The notes: generated by a model not told the origin, from the sequence alone. DNA of 64,000 nucleotides from an uncultured Alphaproteobacteria bacterium (GCA_963818155.1 CAWFRC010000001.1:7730-71729); one strand, 5' to 3'. Counted from the first letter of the stretch, positions 28,780 to 39,253 are shown. Translations and numbers: made by a program.

Positions 28780-29487
28780 ATGCCGATGGACTACTTCGTC
28801 TGGGTGCTGGTCGGCACCCATCGTAGCTTCGTCGTCGATTGCGGATTCACAGCAGCGATATCGGCGCAGCGAAAGCGCACGTATCTGCGCGATCCCGTGG
28901 AAGCGCTAAACTTATTGGGCATTCGCCCCGACGAGGTGACTGACGTTATTCTCACCCATCTTCACTACGATCACGTTGGCAATTTCGACCGCTTCCCGCG
29001 CGCGCGCTTTCATCTCCAAGAACGAGAGCTCGCCTACGCGACCGGCAAATATATGCGGCATCCGTTTCTGTCGCATTCCTTCGAGGTCGACGACGTTGTC
29101 GGCGTCGTGCGCTTAAACTATCGCGGGCGGGTCGTGTTCTATGATGGCGATGCCGACCTGGCACCCGGCGTACGTTTGCATCTAGCCACGGGCCATTCCG
29201 CCGGGCTGCAGTTCGTCAGCGTTGAGACCGAGCGTGGCCGCGTCGTACTCGCCTCGGACGTGACCCACTACTACGAGAACATGGACAGCGGCCGCCCCTA
29301 CACGACGACCTTCCATGTCGGCGACACGCTGGAGTCCTACGAGAAGCTGCGGGCGATCGCCGCAAGCGCCGACCATATCGTGCCCGGACACGATCCTTTG
29401 GTGATGCAACTTTATCCAGCGCCGCGCCCCGATCTTGAAGGGATTGCAGTCCGGCTCGACGTGCCACCGTCCCGTACGACGGCATGA
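28780..29487 (+). CDS. MBL-fold N-acyl-homoserine-lactonase-like hydrolase (paralogue 1). The conserved N-terminus is out of frame upstream.
   Basis: THLHYDHVG motif. The segment HYEVYAIRYATREGRRQDNFIGGDPHEGP (28694-28779) is in frame but has no start. GTG 28668 fits only if the C5 run at 28689-28693 is C4. Confidence 0.8.
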   Translation: MPMDYFVWVLVGTHRSFVVDCGFTAAISAQRKRTYLRDPVEALNLLGIRPDEVTDVILTHLHYDHVGNFDRFPRARFHLQERELAYATGKYMRHPFLSHSFEVDDVVGVVRLNYRGRVVFYDGDADLAPGVRLHLATGHSAGLQFVSVETERGRVVLASDVTHYYENMDSGRPYTTTFHVGDTLESYEKLRAIAASADHIVPGHDPLVMQLYPAPRPDLEGIAVRLDVPPSRTTA

Positions 29488-29887
29488 AAGAAAAGCCACG
29501 GGACAAGGGCACAGCTGCCGCTCACCATCGATTGACCGGCAAGATATAGAGCTGCGCGATCTGCATATGCGGCGGTCGTTCGAGCGCAAAGACAATGGCC
29601 TTTGAGTTATCAAGAGCGATGAACCTCCGCCGGCCGGATACTGAGACGGAATTACTCGTCGACGGTTGAGATCCACCGGTTCATCACCAGCTGGCCGACG
29701 ACGGCATCGCCGTTGTCGTCATCTCCTCGCATTTGCCGGAAATTCTTGCTCTGTCCGATCAAATCCTGGTGGCGCGGCAAAGACGCATCGTCGAAGAGAT
29801 GGACATTGCAGAGGCGACTGAAACGAAGATCATGTGTGCCGCAGTCTACCGAGTGCGTGGGCGACACGCATCATCCGCGGTTGGAAT

Positions 29888-29990
29888 GGAGCACATCCCG
29901 ATTAAATTTATCGGCATGTGCTCTAGATCTATTTGTTATCGCATGTCCTTTTCGGAAAACCGGCTTCCACTTTTCCGGAACATGCTCTGG
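29888..29990 (-). repeat. Palindromic intergenic repeat (REP/MITE-like), copy C, inverted orientation
   Basis: Its reverse complement aligns with copy A over both hairpin modules (gagcatgttccggaaaagtggaagccggttttccgaaaaggacatgc...). Confidence 0.75.
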
Positions 29991-29996
29991 GCGCGA

Positions 29997-30722
29997 TCAA
30001 CCGAGATATCTGTTGATGATGCCGACGCCCTCGCGAGCGACGGTGTCCGGGGTCATTTCCTCGGCGATTTCGCCGTGCGTCATGATGTAAAGCCGATCGC
30101 AGATCCGAACCGCCACGTCGATACGCTGCTCGACGAGCAACAGCGACGCTCCCCTGTTCCGCAGCTCCAGCAGTGCTTTGACGACCGCCTCGACCGCGAC
30201 CGGCGCGAGCGCGTCCGAAGGCTCATCCAACAGCAGTATCTTCGGGTCGCTCATCAGCATGCGGCCGATCGCGACCATTTGCTGTTCGCCGCCGCTGAGA
30301 AAAGACGATCGCCGCCGACGATATTCCTGCAATACCGGAAATAGATTGTAGACGGACGCGAGCAGATCCTTGACCCGCTTCTTGTCTCGGCGCAAATGCA
30401 AAGCGCCCAAAACAAGATTGTCTTCGACTGACTGATCAAGGAAGAGCCGGCGGCCTTCAGGCGCAATGGCGGCGAGCCCCCTGGCGATGCGGTAGGGCGG
30501 CAGCGACGATACGTCGGCGTCGCCGACCTGAATGATGCCGCGGCGATGCTTGACGAGACCCATGATCGCGCGCAGCACGGTGGTCTTGCCGGCGCCGTTA
30601 GGGCCAAGAAGTGCCACCGCCTCGCCCTGCTCGACGCGAAGATCGACGTCGCGCACCACGTCGAATCGCCCGTAGCCGGCGAACAACGAAGAGAGCTGGA
30701 GAACGGTGGTCTTGTCGCTCAT
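29997..30722 (-). CDS. Branched-chain amino acid-type ABC transporter ATP-binding protein (LivF-like)
   Basis: Walker A GPNGAGKTT, signature LSGGEQQ, Walker B LLLDEPS. The ATG overlaps the upstream stop (TGATG). Confidence 0.9.
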   Translation of the reverse strand: MSDKTTVLQLSSLFAGYGRFDVVRDVDLRVEQGEAVALLGPNGAGKTTVLRAIMGLVKHRRGIIQVGDADVSSLPPYRIARGLAAIAPEGRRLFLDQSVEDNLVLGALHLRRDKKRVKDLLASVYNLFPVLQEYRRRRSSFLSGGEQQMVAIGRMLMSDPKILLLDEPSDALAPVAVEAVVKALLELRNRGASLLLVEQRIDVAVRICDRLYIMTHGEIAEEMTPDTVAREGVGIINRYLG

Positions 30723-32614
30723 CACTCGCCCAAATACACCTGTCGAACCACCGGGTCTGCACGAACCTTGTCTGCGGTGCTCGTCAAGATGACCTCGCCG
30801 GCGTTGAGGACGGTTATCTGATCGCAAAGCGGAAACAAGAAACGCGTCTGGTGCTCGATAATGATCATCGTCACACCACGCGCTTTGAGCCCGCTCAGGA
30901 TGCGTGCCAGATGCTCGACCTCCGGTGCCGACAGGCCGGTAGCCGGCTCGTCGAGAATGATAATTTCAGGCTCGGCGACGCAGACCGACGCGAGTTGCGT
31001 CAGTTGTTCGACGCCGTGCGGTACGTCGCGTACCTGCCGGTCGATCCAGTCCCCGGCTCCGGCCGCCTGCAGGGCCGCGCTCGCTTGAGCCTGAAGCCAA
31101 GCGCCGTCCCGTCGACCCGACGGCAGCAAGCTCCAGAACGCCGCTCTCCTGATCAGACCGGGCACGCGCGTATATAGACCGACCAAAACATTCTGGCTCG
31201 TGGTCAACTCGCGAACCAACTGTGCCGCTTGAAACGTGCGGCGCAGGCCAAGCCGCGCCCGGCCGCTGGGTGAAAGTCCGTCCGCCACGATGCCTTTGAC
31301 GGCTGTGGTTCCGGCGTGCGGCCGCAGCCGACCGGCAATGATATTGGCGAGCGTGCTCTTGCCGGATCCATTCGGGCCAATAAGGCCGTGGATGTGGCCT
31401 CGCTTGACGGCGAGGTCGACATTGCGCAGCACCTTTGGCCCCTGGCCGTAGCCGAAGACGATGCCCCGGCATTCGACGATCACCTCCTTGTCGGCTGCCC
31501 CCGTGCCCGCGTCGACGGACACCTCGCCGGTGGAGACAACACTCGCTGGCTTTTTGCCGAATGGAACCGCCTCGCCGCCGATTGGCCCATGCGGTTTGCT
31601 GTGAGCGGCCGTTTGTGGAGACTCTTTCGACTGCTTCAATGTGAGCCGTTTTGCCAGACCGACTACCCCTTCGGGAAAGACGGTGATGGCGAGGATCGAC
31701 AGTGCTCCGTACAGCACCTCTTGCAGCCACGGATTGATATTGACCACCGCCGGAAACATCGTGACGAACACAGCGCCGATGACGGGGCCGATGGTGGTGT
31801 TGATGCCGCCGACCAGAATCATGACCAGAATGTTCAGGGAAACGGCCCAATCGAATTGGCCGGGCGAGACCACTCCGAAAAACGCAAACAGCCAGCCCGC
31901 GACTCCCGCCATCGCCGCCGACAGTGCGAACACCCCGATTTTGATCGCCGAAGTGCGGACGCCGGCGGCTTGTGCAAACGGCTCGGCATCTCGGATCGAC
32001 AGCAGAACAGGATAGAGCGGCGAGCTTCGAATGCCGGATGCCAACAGCAAGGCAAGCAGCAGCGCTATCATGACAAACCAGGCCACCGGAGTGCCGAGGA
32101 ACTCAAGTGACTCGGGAAAGTCCGGAAAAGTCGGCCCCAGCAGGCCTTGGGTGCCCCTGGTGATCTTCAGATCCGTTGCTAGTACCGTGAGGACAAGCGT
32201 GAAAACGAAGGTGGTGATCGCAAAATATAGTCCGCTAACGCGAAGCGACGTTGCGCCAATCAAAATCCCGGCGAGCGCAGCGACGACGAGAACGACCGGC
32301 AACAGATAAAACGGATTTACCTCATAGTCGGCAGCCGCGATCGCCGTCAGATAAGCGCCGATGGCAAAAAACCCGGCCTGGCCGAGTGAATATAAGCCGA
32401 GCATGCCGGCGACAAGATCGAGACTGATCGCCAAGATGCCGAACACGGCGGCAACCAGCACCAAGCTTTGCACACCCAAGCTCGACTGAGCGACAAAGAA
32501 AGTCAAAACCAGGTAGGCCGCGACGGCGACATAGCCCGCCGACCGCTTCCAGCACGCAACGGGCGCGGCCGGGAGCGCACCTGCTCGAAAGGATTTTGTT
32601 CGTCCGCCCTCCAT
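30722..32614 (-). CDS. Fused Liv-type ABC permease (LivM-like) and ATP-binding (LivG-like) protein
   Basis: N-terminal ~330 aa are polytopic membrane segments. A ~50-aa linker follows, then an ABC ATPase (GPNGSGKST ... IIILDEPATGL). Confidence 0.85.
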   Translation of the reverse strand: MEGGRTKSFRAGALPAAPVACWKRSAGYVAVAAYLVLTFFVAQSSLGVQSLVLVAAVFGILAISLDLVAGMLGLYSLGQAGFFAIGAYLTAIAAADYEVNPFYLLPVVLVVAALAGILIGATSLRVSGLYFAITTFVFTLVLTVLATDLKITRGTQGLLGPTFPDFPESLEFLGTPVAWFVMIALLLALLLASGIRSSPLYPVLLSIRDAEPFAQAAGVRTSAIKIGVFALSAAMAGVAGWLFAFFGVVSPGQFDWAVSLNILVMILVGGINTTIGPVIGAVFVTMFPAVVNINPWLQEVLYGALSILAITVFPEGVVGLAKRLTLKQSKESPQTAAHSKPHGPIGGEAVPFGKKPASVVSTGEVSVDAGTGAADKEVIVECRGIVFGYGQGPKVLRNVDLAVKRGHIHGLIGPNGSGKSTLANIIAGRLRPHAGTTAVKGIVADGLSPSGRARLGLRRTFQAAQLVRELTTSQNVLVGLYTRVPGLIRRAAFWSLLPSGRRDGAWLQAQASAALQAAGAGDWIDRQVRDVPHGVEQLTQLASVCVAEPEIIILDEPATGLSAPEVEHLARILSGLKARGVTMIIIEHQTRFLFPLCDQITVLNAGEVILTSTADKVRADPVVRQVYLGE

Positions 32615-32626
32615 CCAAGCCCTCCC

Positions 32627-33526
32627 CTAGCGTTGCGCCATGGGCGCCGGACGCAAGCGGAGCAGCGGATTTCCCGAACTGAACAATCCTTTCGGTGTGA
32701 AAATAAGCACAACGACCAGCACCAGAAACGGAAACCAATCGGACGCCTGCGAATCAATCAAGGCATTAGCTCCCTCTGCCAAAACCCCGAGCAACAGGCC
32801 GCCGAGCATCGCGGCTACTGGCTTCTCCGTACCCCCTCCGATCATCATCGCGATGAAGCCGTAGGTGCCGAACGTGTTGCCGAGATAAGGGTTGGCAAAT
32901 GTACTCGGGCCGATAAGGACACCGGCGATGCCGGCGAACAAGCCGGATACCGCGAAAGCCGCGATCGCCACGACGGCGGTATTGGCACCAATCGCCGACG
33001 CCATCTCCGGATCCGAAGCGATGGCCATACCGAGCTTGCCGAAGAGAGTGTGCTTGCGGACCAACTCGAACGCGACGGTGAGAAGAACCGCGACCGCGAT
33101 CGCCAGCAGTTGCTGGCCGGTCAGGACCGCGGATCCGATGTGGATGCTGATATGGTGCAAAATCGGAGGAAAGGCACGTGACGTCGGTCCCCAGATATAA
33201 GCCGCTATATTTTCCACCACGACGGCGAAGCCAAGCGTACTCACAAGCCAACCGAAGCTAAATCGATCGAATGCCAAAATCGGCCGCACCGCGATGACGT
33301 AGGACAGGATCGCCACCAGGCAGGCGCAGATCAATCCGGCGATAACGCCCAGCCAAGCGGAATAGCCGGCAGCGGTGATCGCCGCCACGATCATGATCGC
33401 CACCATCATCAACTGGCCTTGAGCAAAATTGATCACCCGCGTGACATAGAAAGAGATCGCGAGCGCCATTCCGACCAGGCCGTACACCGAGCCGATGGCC
33501 AATCCGCTGAGCACGATTTGCAGCAA
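32627..33526 (-). CDS. Liv-type ABC permease (LivH-like)
   Basis: 299 aa. MLQIVLSGLAIGSVYGLVGMALAISF is the typical LivH N-terminus. Confidence 0.9.
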   Translation of the reverse strand: MLQIVLSGLAIGSVYGLVGMALAISFYVTRVINFAQGQLMMVAIMIVAAITAAGYSAWLGVIAGLICACLVAILSYVIAVRPILAFDRFSFGWLVSTLGFAVVVENIAAYIWGPTSRAFPPILHHISIHIGSAVLTGQQLLAIAVAVLLTVAFELVRKHTLFGKLGMAIASDPEMASAIGANTAVVAIAAFAVSGLFAGIAGVLIGPSTFANPYLGNTFGTYGFIAMMIGGGTEKPVAAMLGGLLLGVLAEGANALIDSQASDWFPFLVLVVVLIFTPKGLFSSGNPLLRLRPAPMAQR

Positions 33527-33816
33527 TCACTTTCTCCCTCTTGCTCCGTGCCCCCTTCGATACCTTCGAGCGCCGCGTGGCAGGAACGCGCGAGCCCATC
33601 GCGTCTTCAACTTCACGCTCCTCCTGGCTGAAAAGCGCTTCGCGTATTCGAGCGTGGAACTATGCCGATACGAAAGGAGGTCGTACGAAGGGCAAGCAAT
33701 CCCTTCTCTCGATCGCCGAGGGTGGAGGCGAGCATCAAACGCCAGATGCAGAAACGGATCCGCGGACGGCCGTCGCCGACCGTCCGCAAACTATCCCGCC
33801 GATCGTCCCACTTTGC

Positions 33817-34992
33817 TCAGTCCTTGAGCTCAACCCACTCCTTGGTCGAAGCGTTGTATTTGACCAAGGTTATTTGGTCCGCGGTGATGGTAATGTGTTC
33901 CTTCGGGGAAAATCCGAGATCGCCGGTTATTCCCTTGAAGCCCTTGGTGTTGTTGAACTCTTTTTGCAGTGCCGCAGGGGCGGTCGAGTTTGCCTTGGTG
34001 ATGACCTGCGCGAGCATCATGATGCTGTCGTAGCTGGTTTCAGCGAAAGGCGTCGATTCGACGTTGAAATGCTTGCCGTACTCCTCGCGGAAGGCCTTCA
34101 GCTCGGGGCTTGGATGCAGACCGGAGGTGAGCGCGGCGGTAATGACACCGTCCGCCAAATCTCCCGCAAGCTTTGCGAAAGTGTCGTCGGCATTGGTCTC
34201 ATCATTGCCGAAGACGGTGGCGTCATATCCGACCGAGTGAAGATCCTGCATGAAGGCCGCTTGGTCTTGCGGTGTAAGCCAGACGACGACGCATTTAAGC
34301 CCGGCCGCCTTTATGGCATTGACCTGCGGCATCAGACCGGTCGTTGCTCCGGTGGACCAGTTCTCGGTGATTGCCTGATCCATCGCGATTTTTTTGCCGG
34401 CTTTGTCGTAAGCCAGCTTGATCCCGAAGTTACCACCTTCGCCGTACGTGGTCGGATCATGCAGCACGGCTAGTCCGCCGTTGGGACAATGCTTCAGCGC
34501 GTATTCGCCGATCTTCTGGCCCCAGGCGAACGTGTTCAGACCAAAGTCGAACACCCAAGGATTCGGATCGCTTGTCGGGCCTTTTGGATAAACCGTGAGG
34601 CCGCCGTCATCGACCACGCCGATCGTCGGGATCTTGTGCCGGATGGCGAGTTCAGCGGTGACTGGGCCGGTGTCGGGCGAGCCCGCAATGGCCACCGCGC
34701 CGGCACTTACCAGTTTTGCGAACAACTGACCCGACAATGTCGCGGACGCGTCGTCGTTGTTTGCATCGAGCTTGAGTTGCCGGCCGAGCACGCCACCGGA
34801 AGCGTTGATCTTATCGACCGCAAGCTGAGCGCCGTTGACCACGGCAATGCCTGTCGACCCATAGGCGCCCGTCGTTCCGGCAATCAGTCCGATTAAGATT
34901 GGCGTCTGGTTGCCCGTCTCGGCTGCGTAACTCGCAGCCCCCAGTAACGAGGCGGCTGCGGCAACGACAGCGCCGGCCATGAAAGCCTTCAT
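33817..34992 (-). CDS. ABC transporter periplasmic substrate-binding protein (type I PBP, Liv family)
   Basis: Signal peptide MKAFMAGAVVAAAASLLGAASYAA from ATG 34992. Leu/Ile/Val-binding-like fold pattern. Confidence 0.9.
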   Translation of the reverse strand: MKAFMAGAVVAAAASLLGAASYAAETGNQTPILIGLIAGTTGAYGSTGIAVVNGAQLAVDKINASGGVLGRQLKLDANNDDASATLSGQLFAKLVSAGAVAIAGSPDTGPVTAELAIRHKIPTIGVVDDGGLTVYPKGPTSDPNPWVFDFGLNTFAWGQKIGEYALKHCPNGGLAVLHDPTTYGEGGNFGIKLAYDKAGKKIAMDQAITENWSTGATTGLMPQVNAIKAAGLKCVVVWLTPQDQAAFMQDLHSVGYDATVFGNDETNADDTFAKLAGDLADGVITAALTSGLHPSPELKAFREEYGKHFNVESTPFAETSYDSIMMLAQVITKANSTAPAALQKEFNNTKGFKGITGDLGFSPKEHITITADQITLVKYNASTKEWVELKD

Positions 34993-35248
34993 CGGTATCT
35001 CCCCTCCCTCTGAGCCGCGAATTCTCAACCGCGAACGGTCTTCCACGCGCAGAAAACCCCGGCTGGACCGTTATTTATTCAAACAACTTGCTCGCTCGTG
35101 CGCGCGTTGGCAAGGATAAAGTTACCGGTACCTTTGAGGTAGTCGCGATGCCACCGCGCTATTCTGCGAGGCAATATCAGATATAAACCTACGAGGGGAC
35201 GGTACCTGGGTGGCGGTATCGCCGCGAAACAGCCCGATCACCACACTG

Positions 35249-36622
35249 TCACGCCGCCGCGCTGGCGGAATTCATCAGCGCATTCACATTCGGCGCGGAA
35301 TCGAGTTGCCACACCGCGCCGATGATCGCGCTAACGTCACGCGGCGTGGCTTGTTTGGCGAGCTCGCGCACTTTCGCTTCGATGTCGGCGTCGCTCAAGG
35401 GATGTGCAGCGCTCCCCCGCGGATGCAAAACCGTCGCGCTGAGCGTTTGTCCACTTCGCAATGTCACGTCGACGCGAGCGGCGCCTCTCGGCAAGTCGGG
35501 GTCGAGCACGGCGCGAACCCGCGAGCGAAATGCACGCACGCGTTCATCGGCCACGACCTCAGCCGAATATTCCCGCAAGCCGCCGGCTCCGAACAGCAAG
35601 GCGACCGCGGCGGTATGGTGGATCGAGACACGGGCGTCGCGCTCGTTGCGAACCTGCCGATCGCCGCGTGCGAGCAGCAAGGCGTCGCCGCTCACCGTTA
35701 CCGCCTCGATTGCGTGCGGATCGATCGCATGCGCGCGGCCTAAGTCCAAACAAGCGTCGATGATGGCATGAAATACAATACCGCTTGGGTACGGTTTGTA
35801 GGTGTTGTTGAGCACCTCCCAGTCGCGCCCCAATCTGTCGACCATGGCCGAAAGGTCCGGTGCGTCGCCAGATGCCCTCGCCCAACCAAGTGGCCCTTCA
35901 ATCGAGCCCGCCGCCGCTTCATACCCGCGCTGCGCCAGAAGCGCTGCGAACAGCCCGTTTCGCGCCGCATTGCCGACCCCGACATTCTTCGCCGCGGTGG
36001 CCAGGTTCTCGACCAAACCCGCCGACTGGCTGGCAGCGATCCCAAGGGCATGGACGATTTGCCCGCGCGACAAGCCCAACAGCTTTGCGCCCGCCGCCGC
36101 CGCTCCAAACACGCCGCAGGTCGCCGTAATGTGCCATCCGCGCGCATAGTGGCCGGGCGATACGCCGTTGCCGATGCGGCAAGCGACCTCAATCCCCAAA
36201 ATCAGAGCGTGGAGAGCCGCAGCCCCCGACAATCCCTTGGCTTCGGCCATCGCCAGCACCGCGGGCGCCACCGGCGCGGTGGGATAAATCACCGTGCGCA
36301 AATGGGTGTCGTCAAAGTCGAGGAGATTGGCTGCGGCGGCGTTGAGGAAACTCGCGCTCAAAATATCCAGTCGCTCCAGGCGGCCGATCACACTCGCTTG
36401 AGCTCCACTGGAAAACGAGCGCATGACATCCAGTGCAATCGTTATCGGTTCGCTGTTTGCTGACCCGAGCGCGCAACCGAAGAAATTCAACAGTGACCTT
36501 TTGGCTTCGTGACGCACACGCAACTCGATGTCGGACCACGACGATGCTTCGACGAACGCCGCGAAGATTTCGCTAACGGTTTCCGGACGGTCCCGCCCTT
36601 GTTCAATGCCCATGCACTCCAT
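35249..36622 (-). CDS. MmgE/PrpD family protein (paralogue 2)
   Basis: Family-typical sequence throughout. Start trimmed to ATG 36622 to avoid overlap with the upstream MBL gene. Confidence 0.85.
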   Translation of the reverse strand: MECMGIEQGRDRPETVSEIFAAFVEASSWSDIELRVRHEAKRSLLNFFGCALGSANSEPITIALDVMRSFSSGAQASVIGRLERLDILSASFLNAAAANLLDFDDTHLRTVIYPTAPVAPAVLAMAEAKGLSGAAALHALILGIEVACRIGNGVSPGHYARGWHITATCGVFGAAAAGAKLLGLSRGQIVHALGIAASQSAGLVENLATAAKNVGVGNAARNGLFAALLAQRGYEAAAGSIEGPLGWARASGDAPDLSAMVDRLGRDWEVLNNTYKPYPSGIVFHAIIDACLDLGRAHAIDPHAIEAVTVSGDALLLARGDRQVRNERDARVSIHHTAAVALLFGAGGLREYSAEVVADERVRAFRSRVRAVLDPDLPRGAARVDVTLRSGQTLSATVLHPRGSAAHPLSDADIEAKVRELAKQATPRDVSAIIGAVWQLDSAPNVNALMNSASAAA

Positions 36623-36665
36623 CCCCAAGCGTCGCGCAGATACTGAGATCTTTTTCGCCCGGCCG

Positions 36666-37547
36666 TCAGCCGGAGACTTTGCTGGCCTCGCCAGCGCGTA
36701 GCGTGATCTCAACGACCTGCAATCCGGCCGACGTGAGACGCGAGGGAAACGTATCCTTCAATCGGTCTTCGTGGATCGGGATGACGCGCCGGTGTTCGCC
36801 GCCGACCGCCTTCAGCATCGCGGCCGTCGCGAAAATCAGATTGGATTGACTGCCGACCGCAAGGCCGATTGGCACGTATTGGGGATTATCTTTGTCGAGC
36901 CCCGTAAGATTGTCATAAGTGTACAAAAGGTCTCCGGCGAAGACCCAAGCGTCCTGACTGTTGCGTGCACCGTCATTACGTACGGTCACGTACATCGAGC
37001 CGTAGGTATGCGTGTCAGCAGCAAGGTTGACATCGATCCCCGGCAGCACGTCCTCGCGATCGCCGTCGATGGCGATCATGCGGCCCTGCCGGGTGAGTTC
37101 GACCGCCTTGACGATATCGGCCGGATCGCCGGCGCCGACGAGAAACAGATATTCCGGACCGAGCGTCAGAGCCCAAACCCATTTCTCGATCTCGCGCTGC
37201 TGAATGTAAAATGTGGCGTTGGGAAAGTGGTCGATCGCCCCCATGTGATCGAAATGGGCGTGGGTAATGAAGACCGCCGTGACATCGGCCGGGGTAACGC
37301 CGCATTCCGAAAGCACTCGAGCCGGACCGTGAAAGTTGGTGACCCCATAGAGCTCGGCCAGCGCTTTCCCATAATTCACGTGATCGTAGCCGGTGTCGAT
37401 CAGGATCGTGTGTCCGCTGCCCTTGAGCAGCGCATAGGCATACGGAAGCTTGCGAATGCCCTGATATTGCGGCCCATAAAGCATCACGCTCAGCGGAAAT
37501 TTCTCGACCGCGGCATGTTCGAGCACCCAAATCGAATAGTCGCCCAT
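36666..37547 (-). CDS. MBL-fold metallo-hydrolase (paralogue 2, divergent subfamily)
   Basis: THAHFDHMG motif. 293 aa. Confidence 0.85.
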   Translation of the reverse strand: MGDYSIWVLEHAAVEKFPLSVMLYGPQYQGIRKLPYAYALLKGSGHTILIDTGYDHVNYGKALAELYGVTNFHGPARVLSECGVTPADVTAVFITHAHFDHMGAIDHFPNATFYIQQREIEKWVWALTLGPEYLFLVGAGDPADIVKAVELTRQGRMIAIDGDREDVLPGIDVNLAADTHTYGSMYVTVRNDGARNSQDAWVFAGDLLYTYDNLTGLDKDNPQYVPIGLAVGSQSNLIFATAAMLKAVGGEHRRVIPIHEDRLKDTFPSRLTSAGLQVVEITLRAGEASKVSG

Positions 37548-37580
37548 CAGCGTCCTCTTCCCGTTCGATGGTGTGATTGT

Positions 37581-38063
37581 TTATAGATTGACTGTGTGTG
37601 GCGGGGTGGCGTGACACGCGCAGCAAGCTTGCGTCAGATCGACCATTCCAAAGCCCGGCAGCTGGCTCGCGGTACGCAGATGTTCGGTCGCCACCCGCAA
37701 ACGATGCGTCAATGCAGCTCGCGCCGGATCGTCGCGTCCGCATCGCATGCAGATGGCGACGAGATCGATCGCCTGCCGCATCACGGCCACCGCCTGGATG
37801 GCGTGATGATGGTGATGCCGGGCCGGCTCCGGCACCGGTAATGCGCGAAGCTCTTCGGAACCCGATGCCAATTGCTGAGCGGCCAGCGCCAGCGGCACGT
37901 CGAGCATCGGCACGCGACCGCCCTTAATCATCACCAGCAACGCGAAGCCTGCGGTCTGCGTGAGGATTTGCTGCAACCGGGTCAGAAGCGGCTTGGCGCA
38001 GACGATATAGTGCAACGTCGGATCGTCGACCGCGCCGATGTCCTGGCAGATCACCGCCCTCAT
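37581..38063 (-). CDS. Hypothetical protein with internal His5 run
   Basis: The only long ORF filling the gap upstream of the MBL gene, and on the same strand. Contains RHHHHHA. No family recognised. Confidence 0.4.
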   Translation of the reverse strand: MRAVICQDIGAVDDPTLHYIVCAKPLLTRLQQILTQTAGFALLVMIKGGRVPMLDVPLALAAQQLASGSEELRALPVPEPARHHHHHAIQAVAVMRQAIDLVAICMRCGRDDPARAALTHRLRVATEHLRTASQLPGFGMVDLTQACCACHATPPHTVNL

Positions 38064-38179
38064 CCTCCCTCACCGCATTTTGCGTTACTATACGCATATC
38101 TGATACCGGTACCAACAAGAATATAGCGTCGACCCCGAGCGAGCTTGACGTAGCTGGCGCGTTTCATCAGGTTGGAAAC

Positions 38180-39253
38180 ATGCGCAAAAATGGAACAGCG
38201 TCAGCGAAAGCGGCCGAAGAGCCGACGCCGCCGAAGAAACGAATGAGCGGCACCGGCGCCCGCATGCGCGACGTCGCCAAGCGGGCTGGCGTCTCGACCA
38301 TGACGGTTTCGCGGGCTCTCAGCGAACCCAATAAAGTCTCGCCCGAGATGCGCGAACGCGTCGTCCGCGCGGTGAAGGAAATCGGCTATCTGCCCAATCA
38401 TCTCGCAAGGAGCCTTTCCTCGACACGCTCAACGACGGTCGGCCTCATCGTTCCGAGCATCGACAATTCCATTTACACGCAGACCATCAAGGGCCTTTCC
38501 GACGTCATCCGGCGTTCCGGCTTTCAGCTTATGATCGCCGAGTGCGGCTACGACACGCTGGAAGAGGAAGAACTCATCAAGGCCTTTCTGGCGCACAGGG
38601 TAAGCGGACTTATTCTGCACAGCACCGAACACAGTGCTGAAGCTGAGGCGATGATCCGCCAGGCGGGAGTGCCGGTGGTGGAAAACGGCAGTCTGCCGCG
38701 CAAGCCACTCGACATGGCGGTGAGCTATTCGAACCGCGAGGCAGCGCAAGCGATGACGCTGCATCTGGGCCGTCTCGGCTACAGGAAGATTGCTTTCGCG
38801 AGCCTTTATTCCTTCAACAACGAGCGCTCTCGGGAGCGCATCGAAGGCTATCTGGCGGCTCTCGCGCAGCTGGGCCAAACACCGGACCCGCGCTTGATGA
38901 TCGAAACCTCGCGCGGTCTTGCCGCGGGCGCGGAAATTGCGGCACGGGTCATCCAAAACGTACCCGAGGTCGACGCGTTGTTTTGCGCCGGCGACGTTCT
39001 GGCCGCAGGCGCCTTGTTCGAGTGCCGAAAGCGGGGCTGGGCCGTGCCGGGACGGATAGCGATTGCCAGCTTCGACGACGTCGATTTGCTGCGGCACGTT
39101 TCGCCCGCCATCACGACGCTTCGCCTGCCGCGCTACGATATCGGCGAACGCTCGGCGCAAATGCTGCTAAGCCGCATCATGGATGGAGCGGATCACTTGC
39201 GCGGCAGCATCATCGACCTCAAATTCGAAATCATTCAGCGCGAAAGCGCATAG
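38180..39253 (+). CDS. LacI family transcriptional regulator
   Basis: HTH RMRDVAKRAGVSTMTVSRALSEP plus periplasmic-binding-like effector domain. Confidence 0.9.
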   Translation: MRKNGTASAKAAEEPTPPKKRMSGTGARMRDVAKRAGVSTMTVSRALSEPNKVSPEMRERVVRAVKEIGYLPNHLARSLSSTRSTTVGLIVPSIDNSIYTQTIKGLSDVIRRSGFQLMIAECGYDTLEEEELIKAFLAHRVSGLILHSTEHSAEAEAMIRQAGVPVVENGSLPRKPLDMAVSYSNREAAQAMTLHLGRLGYRKIAFASLYSFNNERSRERIEGYLAALAQLGQTPDPRLMIETSRGLAAGAEIAARVIQNVPEVDALFCAGDVLAAGALFECRKRGWAVPGRIAIASFDDVDLLRHVSPAITTLRLPRYDIGERSAQMLLSRIMDGADHLRGSIIDLKFEIIQRESA

